Assembly: GCA_965203325.1 (NCBI GenBank)
Contig: OZ241875.1
Coordinates: 3,552,001-3,616,000 of the forward strand
DNA length: 64,000 bases
Source of the DNA: a bacterium
GTDB taxonomy: Bacteria; UBA8248
Direction of reading: 5' to 3'
Shown here: piece by piece, positions 9,698 through 18,970 of the stretch
How the letters are laid out: each line of letters begins with the position of its first letter
Position numbering within the stretch: position 1 is the first letter of the stretch
Notes under the pieces: model-generated
What the model saw: only the letters and a program-made list of their open reading frames with translations
Databases searched by the model: none
Told to the model about the DNA's origin: nothing
Made by a program: the position numbers and the translations under genes

Positions 9698-10390
9698 CTA
9701 GTCCACGACGGCGACGGCCCGGCAGGGGGAGCCTTCGATGCCCGGCATCTTGAGCGGCAGCGCGATGACCTCGAAGCGCTCCTGCGGTATGGCGGAGAGG
9801 TTCGTCATGTGCTCGATCTGGATGATCCCGCTCCCCAGCAGCGTTCGGTGGACGACGTAGTTCTCGGGCACGTTTTCGGGAATCTTCTTCACTTCTTCTT
9901 CTTGGAGAAAATCGAAGCCTGCGGCCTTGACCCCCTTGTCCACGAGCCATCTCGCGCCGTCGCCGGTCAGGAAGGGCGAGTTTCTCAAATAAGCGTCCGA
10001 ACCCCAGAATTTGTCCGTGAAATCGGTGCGCAGAAGCACGATGTCGTCTGCGCGGACGAGGCCTGAGTGCGCCTCCAGGTCATCGGCGGAGATGGCCTCA
10101 TCCGCTCCCTTGGATGAGAAATCGAGCAGACAGGCCGGCCCCATGAAGCGGTCGAGCGCCACCTCGTCCGTCGTCTTCCCCCAGCGGTAGATGTGGCGCG
10201 GGCAATCGAGGTGCGTGCCCGCATGGGCGAATATGGAGAGCCAGCTGTCGACGAACACGACGTCGGGTTCTTTTTGGGGTGGAAAATATTTGCGCCGCAC
10301 GGAGGTTTCGGCGTTCATCATCTTGCCCACGGCGGCCGCCACGGGGTCCATTTCGTCGTAGTGGGCGAGACTCAAATCGATGATGGGCAT
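9698..10390 (-). CDS. Cyclase family protein (kynurenine formamidase-like metal hydrolase)
   Basis: HAGTHLDCP metal motif, IEHMTNL, LPLK..G.EGSPCRAVA. Confidence 0.9.
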   Translation of the reverse strand: MPIIDLSLAHYDEMDPVAAAVGKMMNAETSVRRKYFPPQKEPDVVFVDSWLSIFAHAGTHLDCPRHIYRWGKTTDEVALDRFMGPACLLDFSSKGADEAISADDLEAHSGLVRADDIVLLRTDFTDKFWGSDAYLRNSPFLTGDGARWLVDKGVKAAGFDFLQEEEVKKIPENVPENYVVHRTLLGSGIIQIEHMTNLSAIPQERFEVIALPLKMPGIEGSPCRAVAVVD

Positions 10391-10540
10391 GAAGGCTCCT
10401 TTTCGTATGAGCGAACGCGATCCATCGGCTGTTCGCGAGACGCGATTATCCTGTCATAAAGAGGGCTGTTTGAAAAACTTATGGGGGGAAGCCCTGTCGA
10501 GTTGTTAGGGAAGTCATCCTCGGTCGCGATTGACCACCGC

Positions 10541-10568
10541 CGTCATTCCGGCTTTCGCCGGAATGACG
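10541..10568. repeat. GTCATTCC-type REP palindrome
   Basis: Perfect hairpin cgtcattccggc-tttc-gccggaatgacg. Confidence 0.8.
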
Positions 10569-10723
10569 CGCAAAGCGAAACCCCGGATTCCGGCACTCCC
10601 CCCTGTCCGCCGCCTATGCTTTATCGAACCGCTTGCCCCGGTGAGGGCGCATCGCTTCTCACGCTCCCCTTTTGGGGATAGAATTTCGCTTGTTCATCTG
10701 GCTTCAGCCGAGAGGGAGGAGGG

Positions 10724-11548
10724 ATGAAAAAAGCGCTTTGCCTCACTTTGCTCCTTTGCCATTTTGCCGTTCCGGCCGTCGTTTCGGCGAAGTGCTCACC
10801 CGGTCTGGTGCGCCACATGCCCTTCAGGCGAGCAGTCCCCGTATCCTACGTCCAAGTCGTGAAAGCCCCGCGCCGGATCAGCATCCAGTGGTTCGGACAC
10901 GCGTTTTTCCGCATCATCTCGCCGGGGGGAATTCGGGTCGTTACCGATCCGTTCTCACCGCACCGGGGCTATCCCATTCCCAAGACCAGTCCCCACGTGG
11001 CCACCGCGAGCGAGGCGGCGATGAACCACAGTTCCGTCGAGGTGCTGGGCGGAAACCCCGTCGTCTTGCATGGCGTGCTCGGCTACGGAGAGAAATGGAA
11101 CGAGGTGGATTACCGGATAGGCGACGTGCGCATCCGCAACGTGCCCATTGTGCAGGGCATGGGTAGTGATGATTTCGACGCGGGCGAATCGAAGGCTTCT
11201 TCTTTTCTCTTCGAGACGGGCGGGCTTTGCATCGCCCACCTAGGGGATCTGGGCTCGCCCATGAACCCCGAACAACTCAGGAGGCTGGGGAAGATTCACG
11301 TGGCCCTGGCGATCATCTCGGACCCGGGCGCGATGAACCCCAGAGTCATGGCGGATTTCGTCCACAGACTCGGCCCCAACGTCGCGATTCCGATGGACGT
11401 CCGCTCGCTCGAGGAGTTGAACGTATTTCTCGGCGCTTTCAGGCGCGTCCGCAAGCTGGAAAGCGACACCTACGTCTTCAGCCGCAGGACGCTTCCGCGT
11501 CCGACCGAGGTGGTGGTCCTCAAGCACAAGGGGTGGGAGTGGAAGTAA
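10724..11548 (+). CDS. Secreted MBL-fold (Lactamase_B_3-like) protein with degenerate metal site
   Basis: Signal peptide; IQWFGHAFF, VVTDPF, IAHLGDLG, AIPMD motifs. Confidence 0.8.
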   Translation: MKKALCLTLLLCHFAVPAVVSAKCSPGLVRHMPFRRAVPVSYVQVVKAPRRISIQWFGHAFFRIISPGGIRVVTDPFSPHRGYPIPKTSPHVATASEAAMNHSSVEVLGGNPVVLHGVLGYGEKWNEVDYRIGDVRIRNVPIVQGMGSDDFDAGESKASSFLFETGGLCIAHLGDLGSPMNPEQLRRLGKIHVALAIISDPGAMNPRVMADFVHRLGPNVAIPMDVRSLEELNVFLGAFRRVRKLESDTYVFSRRTLPRPTEVVVLKHKGWEWK

Positions 11549-11576
11549 GGAATTGTTGAGGCCCATCGTTATCGCT

Positions 11577-11740
11577 GTAGGGACAGGACAGGTCGCGACC
11601 TGTCCCTACGGGCTGATGAGGAAGCAATTGCTCTTTTGTAGGGGCGGACCCATGTGTCCGCCCGATTTTTTAGATTTCGACCATTGCAATGCAAATTATG
11701 AACGTCGAATAGATGGGCGGACACATGGGTCCGCCCCTAC
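11577..11740. repeat. GTAG-family REP cluster / REPIN
   Basis: GTAGGGGCGGACCCATGTGTCCGCCC (11638-11663) and its exact reverse complement (11715-11740); gtagggacagg..cctgtccctac at 11577-11609. Confidence 0.85.
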
Positions 11741-11796
11741 GAAAAATTCGGTTTTTCGGGAATGCGTTATCAAGAGGTGGAAACGCGCCCGCCGGA

Positions 11797-14079
11797 TCAG
11801 CTTTTCTCCGCCTCCACGCGGTAGCTGTTGAACGTGGCGTTCTCGTATTCGGACAAGGCGTCGCCCGTGAGTTGGTTCGCCGCGCCGTCCTCGGGCAATC
11901 CGCCCGCCGGGACGTGCACGACGCCGGGCCTGATGCTCTCGCTCACCCTGGCCTCGAAGGCGGACTCGCCATAATCGTTTCTGAGACGCACGCTGTCGCC
12001 GCTTTCGATGCCCCTTGCGGCGGCGTCTGCCGGATGCAGGGTGGCGACGTTCCAGCCGTGGCGAAGGAGCTTCCTCGCGTTGTTGAAGGTCGAACTCGCG
12101 CGGAAATAGGTTTTCGGCGTGAGGAGTTGAAGCGGGTAGTCCGCCCCATTGTCCGCCGCATGCTCTTCCGGCGGGAAATGCGCGGGCACGGGCTGCTCGA
12201 TATCCTCGAAATACACCTGCGCGCGCCCGTGCGGTGTGGCGAGGTCCCACCCGGCTGCGGCGTCGGGGATATCGAGGGTGATCTGGCCCTCGGCTTCGAG
12301 TTTTTCGAGCGTGACGTCCTGGAACCAGGGAAAGCGCGCATCCGCCCGCGCGGCCGCAAGGAGTTCCTCGATCCATTCCCTCGATGACTTCCACGGGAAG
12401 TGCGCGCCGTAGCCCATCTTTTCGGCCAGGCGGCAGACGATCTCGAAATCATCGAGCGATTCGCCTCGCGGCGGCATGGCGCCCGTCGAATAGAGCAGGA
12501 TGTGTTCGGGCTTGAGCTCGCGGGCGAGGTGATAGAAGGTGCTGCCCATCTCCATGCCCCCGGTGACCGCGCAGCGCTCGAGCCAGGTGGAGGCGGGGAG
12601 AACGACGTCCGCGCATTTCGCCGTCGGCGTCATGAAGATGTCCGCCACCGCGCAGAAATCGAGAGAACGCAGGGCGCGCTCGGTCTTGTGCGCGTTGCCC
12701 GCCTGCCCGACCGGGTTGCCCCACATCACGAGCGCGGCGTGCACGGGGCCGCCGTAGGAATCGGGGTTCAGGATGGCTTCTCCGATCCTCCCGGTCGGGA
12801 TGGTGCGCTTGACCGGATTGGGGACGGCCCAGCGGTCGGTCATCACCTCTACGAGGCCGGTTCCGTGCGCCGTTTTGGAGTCAAAACCCGCCTCTTGCGC
12901 CCCGTGGCGCAAAACGCCTTCTGAGGCGCCCGCCATGAGGTTCAGGATGTGCAGTGCGCGGACGGCCTGCTCCCCGTGCACGGTGCGCTGGTAAGAGCCG
13001 TAGTAGACGATGACTTTCCCTTTGCGCATCGCGTCCGCGATGGCGCGCACGTGCTCCGCAGAGACGCCGCATTCGCGCGCCGCGCGCTCGGGCGTCCAGG
13101 GTTCGGCGGCGTCGCGCAGATAATCGAGCGCGGGCCTGCATCCGGCGCCGTTCACCTGATATGCACCGCTCAAGGCCGGTTTCGCGCAGGCGTCGAACGG
13201 CCTGGCCGAAGCGGTTTCTTCATCCCAGACGAGAGGCGCGCCGTCCGCACCTCGAACGAAGCGAGCGGTTTCCACGTCCACCAGGAACGCGGCGTTGGTC
13301 CTCTCTCGCATGAATACCTCATCGAGCGCGCCCTCTGAGAGCATGAGTCGCAGCACAGCCAGCGCGAGCGCGGTGTCCGTCGAGGGGCGAATCGGCACGT
13401 GAATCTCGCCGAAGCGCTCCGCCGTCCGCGTGCGGAGAGGGTCCACCACGATGAAGCGGGTTCCGTTTTTCTTGGCGCTCTGTAAGGACTGGAGCAGGCC
13501 GCGGTATCCCGTCTCCACCGGGTTGTTTCCCCACAGGACGATCCACTCGCAGTCATCGGTCGGCTTGTTGCTTACCTGCCAGTGGCCGAACACGTCGTCG
13601 CTCGCGCCCAGGAAGGCCTTCCAGCAGAGGCTGCCGCGCATGTAGGGCTGCACGGCGCCGCCCCACATGTTCAAGAGCCGCATGATGGTGGCGGGCTCGG
13701 CATCGCGCCCGCCGGGCAGGGTGTGCTGGGCGGAATAGTGGTACATCATCACGGACTCGTTTCCGCCCTTCGCCTTGGCGGCTTCGAGACCACCGGCGAC
13801 GAGTTCGAGCGCCTCGTCCCAGCTCACGCGCTCGAAGCGGTTCGCGCCGCCCGGCCCCGAGCCCTTCGCGCCCACTCGCTTCATCGGGTAGAGGAGCCTG
13901 TCGGGGTGGTGATACCTGTCCGGCAGCTGGAACCCCTTGATGCAGGGCTTGATGCGCATCCTGGGGTTCGCCCGGAACGAGGAGATATCCTCGCCGCTCG
14001 ATTCCAGCTCGAAGCTGCAGGGGTTGTTCCCGCAGTGGGGGGAGCAGATCGTATAGGATTTTCGCGTAGCTTCGGACAT
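11797..14079 (-). CDS. Molybdopterin (Mo-bis-PGD) oxidoreductase catalytic subunit
   Basis: N-terminal CSPHCGNNPC...C FeS motif, RLLYPMKRVG, SWDEAL, WGNNP, VVDP.RT, TA..ADVVLPA..WLE, C-terminal HP.DA..RGI..GD.V. Confidence 0.92.
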   Translation of the reverse strand: MSEATRKSYTICSPHCGNNPCSFELESSGEDISSFRANPRMRIKPCIKGFQLPDRYHHPDRLLYPMKRVGAKGSGPGGANRFERVSWDEALELVAGGLEAAKAKGGNESVMMYHYSAQHTLPGGRDAEPATIMRLLNMWGGAVQPYMRGSLCWKAFLGASDDVFGHWQVSNKPTDDCEWIVLWGNNPVETGYRGLLQSLQSAKKNGTRFIVVDPLRTRTAERFGEIHVPIRPSTDTALALAVLRLMLSEGALDEVFMRERTNAAFLVDVETARFVRGADGAPLVWDEETASARPFDACAKPALSGAYQVNGAGCRPALDYLRDAAEPWTPERAARECGVSAEHVRAIADAMRKGKVIVYYGSYQRTVHGEQAVRALHILNLMAGASEGVLRHGAQEAGFDSKTAHGTGLVEVMTDRWAVPNPVKRTIPTGRIGEAILNPDSYGGPVHAALVMWGNPVGQAGNAHKTERALRSLDFCAVADIFMTPTAKCADVVLPASTWLERCAVTGGMEMGSTFYHLARELKPEHILLYSTGAMPPRGESLDDFEIVCRLAEKMGYGAHFPWKSSREWIEELLAAARADARFPWFQDVTLEKLEAEGQITLDIPDAAAGWDLATPHGRAQVYFEDIEQPVPAHFPPEEHAADNGADYPLQLLTPKTYFRASSTFNNARKLLRHGWNVATLHPADAAARGIESGDSVRLRNDYGESAFEARVSESIRPGVVHVPAGGLPEDGAANQLTGDALSEYENATFNSYRVEAEKS

Positions 14080-14240
14080 CGCCGCCTCTTCGAAGTTTTC
14101 GCATGGGGACTGCTTTACATGATTTCTCGCGCAAACTAACATAGGGCTTCTTTTGTTTCTGGGCAAATGGCATTTGTCGTCATAGAGCGGAAAGCGACCC
14201 CGTCGCTTCCATTATCCGAACCTTCTGGAGGTATGAGAGC

Positions 14241-15395
14241 ATGAGCACAGACGGAACCGCGCAGGCTGAATACGTGGCCCCCACCTGGGACACGAAGATG
14301 CCCTTGCCGTCCAATCCCGAGACGGGCGAGGACGCGAACGACTACTACATCATCGACTGCGAAACGCACGTGATGCCAGAGGATTACCGGCGCTTCATCA
14401 AGTATTTCGAGGGGACGAAAACCTTCGAGTACGCGCACAAGATGTGCAACCAGTGGCAGTGGATCGACCACAGGAACAACAGGCCGGCGGCCATCCACCC
14501 GGGCATGGACTGGCATATCGACAAGATCATCGGCGACATGAACCGCGCCGGCGTGGACCAGATAGCCCTCATGCGCGAGTCGTTCATCGACACGGCGGGC
14601 GACAGCGCGCCGTTCTCCACGAACCAGCACGTCATCGACGCCATCGAGAAATATCCCGACCGCGTTATCGGCGTCTCGAACGTGGGGCCGTTCTCGAAGC
14701 GCAAGACCAAGGATTTCCTCTGGGAGATGGAATACCTCCACGACAACTACAACTTCAAGTTCACCAAGTTCTATCAGCCCGAGGACTGCCCCATCAACGA
14801 CCGCAGGCTCTGGCCCGCCTATGAGATGTGCCAGGACAAGGGCATCGTGGCCTTCTTCCACACCGGCATCACCATCCGGCTGGGTCCCACGCGCTACACC
14901 CTGCCGATTCTGCTGGACGAGGTGGCATCCGACTTCCCGGACCTCAAAATCGTCGCCTACCACGGCGGCTATCCCTACTGGGAAGACCTCGTCATGTTGA
15001 TGTGGAAACACCCGAACGTGTACGTGAGCTACTCGATCCTGCTGCCCTGGCTCATGCGCGCGCCGCACCGCTTCGCCCACATGGTCGGCACGACGCTGCA
15101 GATCGTCGGCCCCGGCCGATTCGTCTGGGGCAGCGACTGGCCGGCTTCGGACCCCTACCAGTCGGTCGAGGCGGTCCTGAAGCTCCATATCGACGAGGAA
15201 CTGCAGGAGAAGTGGGGTTATCCCGCCATCACGAAAGAGGACAAGGCGGGCTTCCTGGGCACCACGCTCGCGCACCTCGCGGGCATCGACCCGGTGAAGA
15301 ACCACCAGAAATTCCCCGGCATGAACGGTGCGCCGGAAGGGAAGACGCCGGAGGGCGACATCACCCGCGCCATCATGGCGAAGAACGGCAGCTGA
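14241..15395 (+). CDS. Amidohydrolase_2 family protein
   Basis: IIDCETH, FHTG, FPDLKIVAYHGG, VWGSDWP motifs; GGAGG RBS. Confidence 0.88.
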   Translation: MSTDGTAQAEYVAPTWDTKMPLPSNPETGEDANDYYIIDCETHVMPEDYRRFIKYFEGTKTFEYAHKMCNQWQWIDHRNNRPAAIHPGMDWHIDKIIGDMNRAGVDQIALMRESFIDTAGDSAPFSTNQHVIDAIEKYPDRVIGVSNVGPFSKRKTKDFLWEMEYLHDNYNFKFTKFYQPEDCPINDRRLWPAYEMCQDKGIVAFFHTGITIRLGPTRYTLPILLDEVASDFPDLKIVAYHGGYPYWEDLVMLMWKHPNVYVSYSILLPWLMRAPHRFAHMVGTTLQIVGPGRFVWGSDWPASDPYQSVEAVLKLHIDEELQEKWGYPAITKEDKAGFLGTTLAHLAGIDPVKNHQKFPGMNGAPEGKTPEGDITRAIMAKNGS

Positions 15396-15429
15396 TTAGA
15401 AAGAGAAGGGCTTCTCGCCTGAAAGTATG

Positions 15430-15465
15430 AAACCCCGTCCGGGTTCGCCCGGGCGGGGTTTTGTT
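15430..15465 (+). terminator. Intrinsic terminator
   Basis: aaaccccgtccggg-ttcg-cccgggcggggtttt-gtt: UUCG-loop hairpin plus T tract just after the stop. Confidence 0.85.
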
Positions 15466-15666
15466 GTGGAGAAAATCGGGCGGCAACTGTTCGGGGAATG
15501 GATTTTGGGGGGAATCGCATACATGACTCGACCACAGGGGACATTGCATTTGCCCCCTTGTCAGAGTTGTTGAAAAAGCCCTCATCGGGGGACATTGCCT
15601 TTAGCGGGAATGCCGCTTTCGCGCGAGCCCTCGATTTCCCTCGTCGAAAGGCAACCCCCCCTTGTC

Positions 15667-17182
15667 GGGGCTGTTGAAAAACCCCGTTTTGAAGCGGGAT
15701 GTATGGCGGCTCACGCGGCTTGGGAGAGGAAGCCCAATCGGCGCGTGAGGCCGCGATATGCGCTCATTCGGCGTTTCCGGGCGGCGCAGGCTCTCCACAG
15801 AGCGAACAAACGCGCCGCAACAGCGGCGGCGAGCCGCTTGAGGTTCACCGCAGCCGCCGTCAGGTAGGCCTGGATCTTCATGTTCGCAAGACCCCGGCGC
15901 ACCGCCCGCGCCAGTCCGTGCCGACTCTTCGCCTCGCCGTGATAGCCTTCGGAGCGACCCATGTGCCGGCGCCACAGCCGACCCTCCTCCTCCCCACGGC
16001 GCGCGTGGCGACGGCGTGCGCGCAACAGCGCCGGATACTCGTGCGGAACCAGCACCGTCCGGCTCGTGCGGGACTTCGACAGACAATCGGCCTTGAGCGA
16101 GCAACCCGCGCAATCGCGCGTCCTCGATACATAGTAGCGACCCCGCTCCGTCTCCTTCCGGGGACGCAGCGTCTTGCCACCCGGACACTTCACCACCTTG
16201 TGACGCTCGTCGTAGCGGAACAGTTGCAGCGGCACCCGGCTCTGGGTGGGTTCCTTCTTCGCCGGTATCACCGCGTCCACCCCCCGACGCTCCAATGCGC
16301 CGTACACCTTCGAGTACGCATAGCCACTATCCGCCGTCACCACCGCGGGCGCGCGACCCGTGAGCTCGCAAACCGCATCCAGCTGCGGCTCCATCATCTC
16401 CCGCTCGTTCAACGTCCCCGCCGTCACCTCTACGTCGAGGACAACGCCCCGCTCATCGTCCACCACCGCGTGGTGCTTGTAGCTCGGCTCGAACCCCGCC
16501 CGAGCGCTCTTGCGCGCCAGACGCGCGTCGGGGTCCGTTCGGCTCACAGGACCCGAACCCCCGCCACCGCCCTTCTTCCCCATCTCATCCGCCGAGTCGT
16601 TCTCCCGCACCACCTTCTCCGCGTGGCGCTCCGCCAGACTCTCCCAACTCACGTCCGCACGTATCAAAGACGCGTCCATGTGAACCACTTCTCCCTTCGC
16701 CACCTTCGCCTCCACGCAAGCCTGAACCGTGCGCCGAAATATCTCCTTGAACCGCTCCTCCCCCCAGCGCTGACGAATCCGCGTCAGGCTCGAATGATCC
16801 GGCAAATCCTCGTCCAGCCTGTACCCGATGAACCACCGGACCGCCAGATGCGCCTGCGCCTCGCGCAGCAGGCGGCGGTCCTCCGCGTAGCCCAGCAGCA
16901 GGCCCGCCAGCATCAACCGGATCACCACTTCCGGGTCGATCCCCGGTCGACCGTTGTCCGCGCAATAGCACTCCGCCACTTCCTCGCGAAGCCAACTCAA
17001 ATCCAGTACGCGGTCCACCTGGCGCAATATGTGATCTTCGGGAATCAACTTCTCCAGCGGGCCGGCCACGAACAAGTCCATCTGCTCGCGCCTCTTGCGG
17101 TCCAACATCTCCGGAACTCCCATCTCGGGCGAGGGGGAATACATCCATACGCTCACAAAACCAGGGGTTTTTCAACAGGCCC
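15667..17182 (-). mobile_element. IS1182-family insertion sequence, copy 1 (1516 bp)
   Basis: 19-bp TIRs GGGGCTGTTGAAAAACCCC / GGGCCTGTTGAAAAACCCC; 5-bp TSD TTGTC at 15662-15666 and 17183-17187. Confidence 0.92.
15711..17108 (-). CDS. IS1182-family DDE transposase
   Basis: IPEDH.LR, NGRP..DP, PDHSSL.R.RQR (DUF772-like); DDE residues HMDAS, TADSGY, SEGYHGEAK; Cys motif C.GC.LK..C. Confidence 0.92.
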   Translation of the reverse strand: MLDRKRREQMDLFVAGPLEKLIPEDHILRQVDRVLDLSWLREEVAECYCADNGRPGIDPEVVIRLMLAGLLLGYAEDRRLLREAQAHLAVRWFIGYRLDEDLPDHSSLTRIRQRWGEERFKEIFRRTVQACVEAKVAKGEVVHMDASLIRADVSWESLAERHAEKVVRENDSADEMGKKGGGGGSGPVSRTDPDARLARKSARAGFEPSYKHHAVVDDERGVVLDVEVTAGTLNEREMMEPQLDAVCELTGRAPAVVTADSGYAYSKVYGALERRGVDAVIPAKKEPTQSRVPLQLFRYDERHKVVKCPGGKTLRPRKETERGRYYVSRTRDCAGCSLKADCLSKSRTSRTVLVPHEYPALLRARRRHARRGEEEGRLWRRHMGRSEGYHGEAKSRHGLARAVRRGLANMKIQAYLTAAAVNLKRLAAAVAARLFALWRACAARKRRMSAYRGLTRRLGFLSQAA

Positions 17183-17271
17183 TTGTCAGGGGGGTAAGAA
17201 GAAGCAACACCCCGACGAGAGAGGTATCACTCCCCCTTTGCAGAGCAACCAACAATCACTCCCCCCTTGAG

Positions 17272-18793
17272 GGGGCTGTTGAAAAACCCCGTTTTGAAGC
17301 GGGAGGTATGGCGTCTCACGCAGCGGCGGAGAGGAAGCCCGCGAGGTGCGTGAGGCCGCCAGGAACGCGCATTCGGCGTCTCAAGGCGGCGCAGGCCCTC
17401 CACAGAGCGAATAAACGCGCCGCAACAGCGGCGGCGAGCCGCTTGAGGTTCACCGCAGTCGCCGTCAGGTAGGCCTGGATCCTTATGTTCGCAAGACCCC
17501 GGCGCACCGCCCGCGCCAGGCCGTGCCAACTCTTCGCCTCGCCGTGATAGCCCTCCGAGCGACCCATGTGCCGGCGCCACAGCCGACCCTCCTCCTCCCC
17601 ACGGCGCGTGTGGCGACGGCGCGCGCGTAACAGCGCCGGATACTCATGCGGAACCAGCACCGTCCTGCTCGTGCGGGACTTCGACAGACAATCGGCCTTG
17701 AGCGCGCAGCCCGCGCAATCGCGCGTCCTCGATACATAGTAGCGACCCCGCTCCGTCTCCTTCCGGGGGCGCAGCGTCTTGCCCCCCGGACACTTCACCA
17801 CCTTGTGACGCTCATCGTAGCGGAACAGCTGCAACGGCACCCGGCTCTGGGAAGGCTCCTTCTTCGCCGGTATCACCGCGTCCACCCCCCGACGCTCCAA
17901 TGCGCCGTACACCTTCGAGTACGCATAGCCCGAATCCGCCGTCACCACCCCGGGCGCGCGCCCCGTGAGCTCGCAAACCGCATCCAACTGCGGCTCCATC
18001 ATCTCCCGCTCGTTCAACGTCCCCTCCGTCACCGCAACGTCGAGGACAACGCCCCGCTCATCGTCCACCACCGCGTGGTGCTTGTAGCTCGGCTCGAACC
18101 CCGCCCGAGCGCTCTTGCGCGCCAGGCGAGCGTCCGGGTCCGTTCGGCTCACAGACCCCGAACCCCCGCCCCGGCCTTTGCCCTTCTTCTCCGTCTCATC
18201 CTCCGAATCGTTCTCCCGCACCACCTTCTCCGCGTGGCGCTCCGCCAGACTCTCCCAGCTCACGTCCGCACGTATCAAAGAGGCGTCCATGTGAACCACC
18301 TCTCCCGTCGCCACCTTCGCCTCCACGCAAGCCTGAACCGTGCGGCGCAATACCTCCTTGAAGCGCTCCTCCCCCCAGCGCTGGCGAATCCGCGTCAGGC
18401 TCGAATGGTCCGGCAACTCCTCGTCCAGCCTGTACCCGATGAACCACCGGATCGCCAGGTGCGCCTGCGCCTCGCGCAACAGACGCCGGTCGTGGGCGTA
18501 GCCCAGCAGCAGGCCCGCCAGCATCAACCGAACCACCACTTCGGGGTCCAGGCCCGGACGGCCATTGTCCGCGCAATAGCACTCCGCCACTTCCTCGCGA
18601 AGCCAGCTCAAATCCAGTACGCGGTCCACCTGCCGCAATATGTGATCTTCGGGAATCAACTTCTCCAGCGGGCCGGCCACGAACAAGTCCATCTGCTCGC
18701 GCCTCTTGCGATCCAGCATCGAGGGAACTCCCATCTCGGGCGAGTCGGGATAACTCCATACGATCACAAAACCAAGGGTTTTTCAACAGGCCC
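17272..18793 (-). mobile_element. IS1182-family insertion sequence, copy 2 (1522 bp)
   Basis: Near-identical TIRs; 5-bp TSD TTGAG at 17267-17271 and 18794-18798. Confidence 0.92.
17316..18719 (-). CDS. IS1182-family DDE transposase
   Basis: Near-identical to copy 1; intact DDE motifs. Confidence 0.92.
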   Translation of the reverse strand: MLDRKRREQMDLFVAGPLEKLIPEDHILRQVDRVLDLSWLREEVAECYCADNGRPGLDPEVVVRLMLAGLLLGYAHDRRLLREAQAHLAIRWFIGYRLDEELPDHSSLTRIRQRWGEERFKEVLRRTVQACVEAKVATGEVVHMDASLIRADVSWESLAERHAEKVVRENDSEDETEKKGKGRGGGSGSVSRTDPDARLARKSARAGFEPSYKHHAVVDDERGVVLDVAVTEGTLNEREMMEPQLDAVCELTGRAPGVVTADSGYAYSKVYGALERRGVDAVIPAKKEPSQSRVPLQLFRYDERHKVVKCPGGKTLRPRKETERGRYYVSRTRDCAGCALKADCLSKSRTSRTVLVPHEYPALLRARRRHTRRGEEEGRLWRRHMGRSEGYHGEAKSWHGLARAVRRGLANIRIQAYLTATAVNLKRLAAAVAARLFALWRACAALRRRMRVPGGLTHLAGFLSAAA

Positions 18794-18970
18794 TTGAGGG
18801 GGAGTCGGCAAGACGAGGGCAAAGCCCGAAGTCGCGCCGGTGGGGGGAGAATTCCGACTGATAAAAGAGGAATTCCTGCGACCGAGGACAGAAGATTTAC
18901 TACAATAAAAGGCTCCCCCCACCACATCGGCCTTCGCAAAAACCGCTCGGCCTCTGTGACTCCCCCTCAA
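18794..18970. repeat. Inner halves of two inverted REP-like units (CACTCCCCCCTTGAGGGGGAGTC...GGTGGGGGG)
   Basis: ttgagggggagtc...ggtggggggag (18794-18849) faces ctccccccacc...gactccccctcaa (18913-18970); outer halves at 17254-17271 and 20496-20513. Confidence 0.8.
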
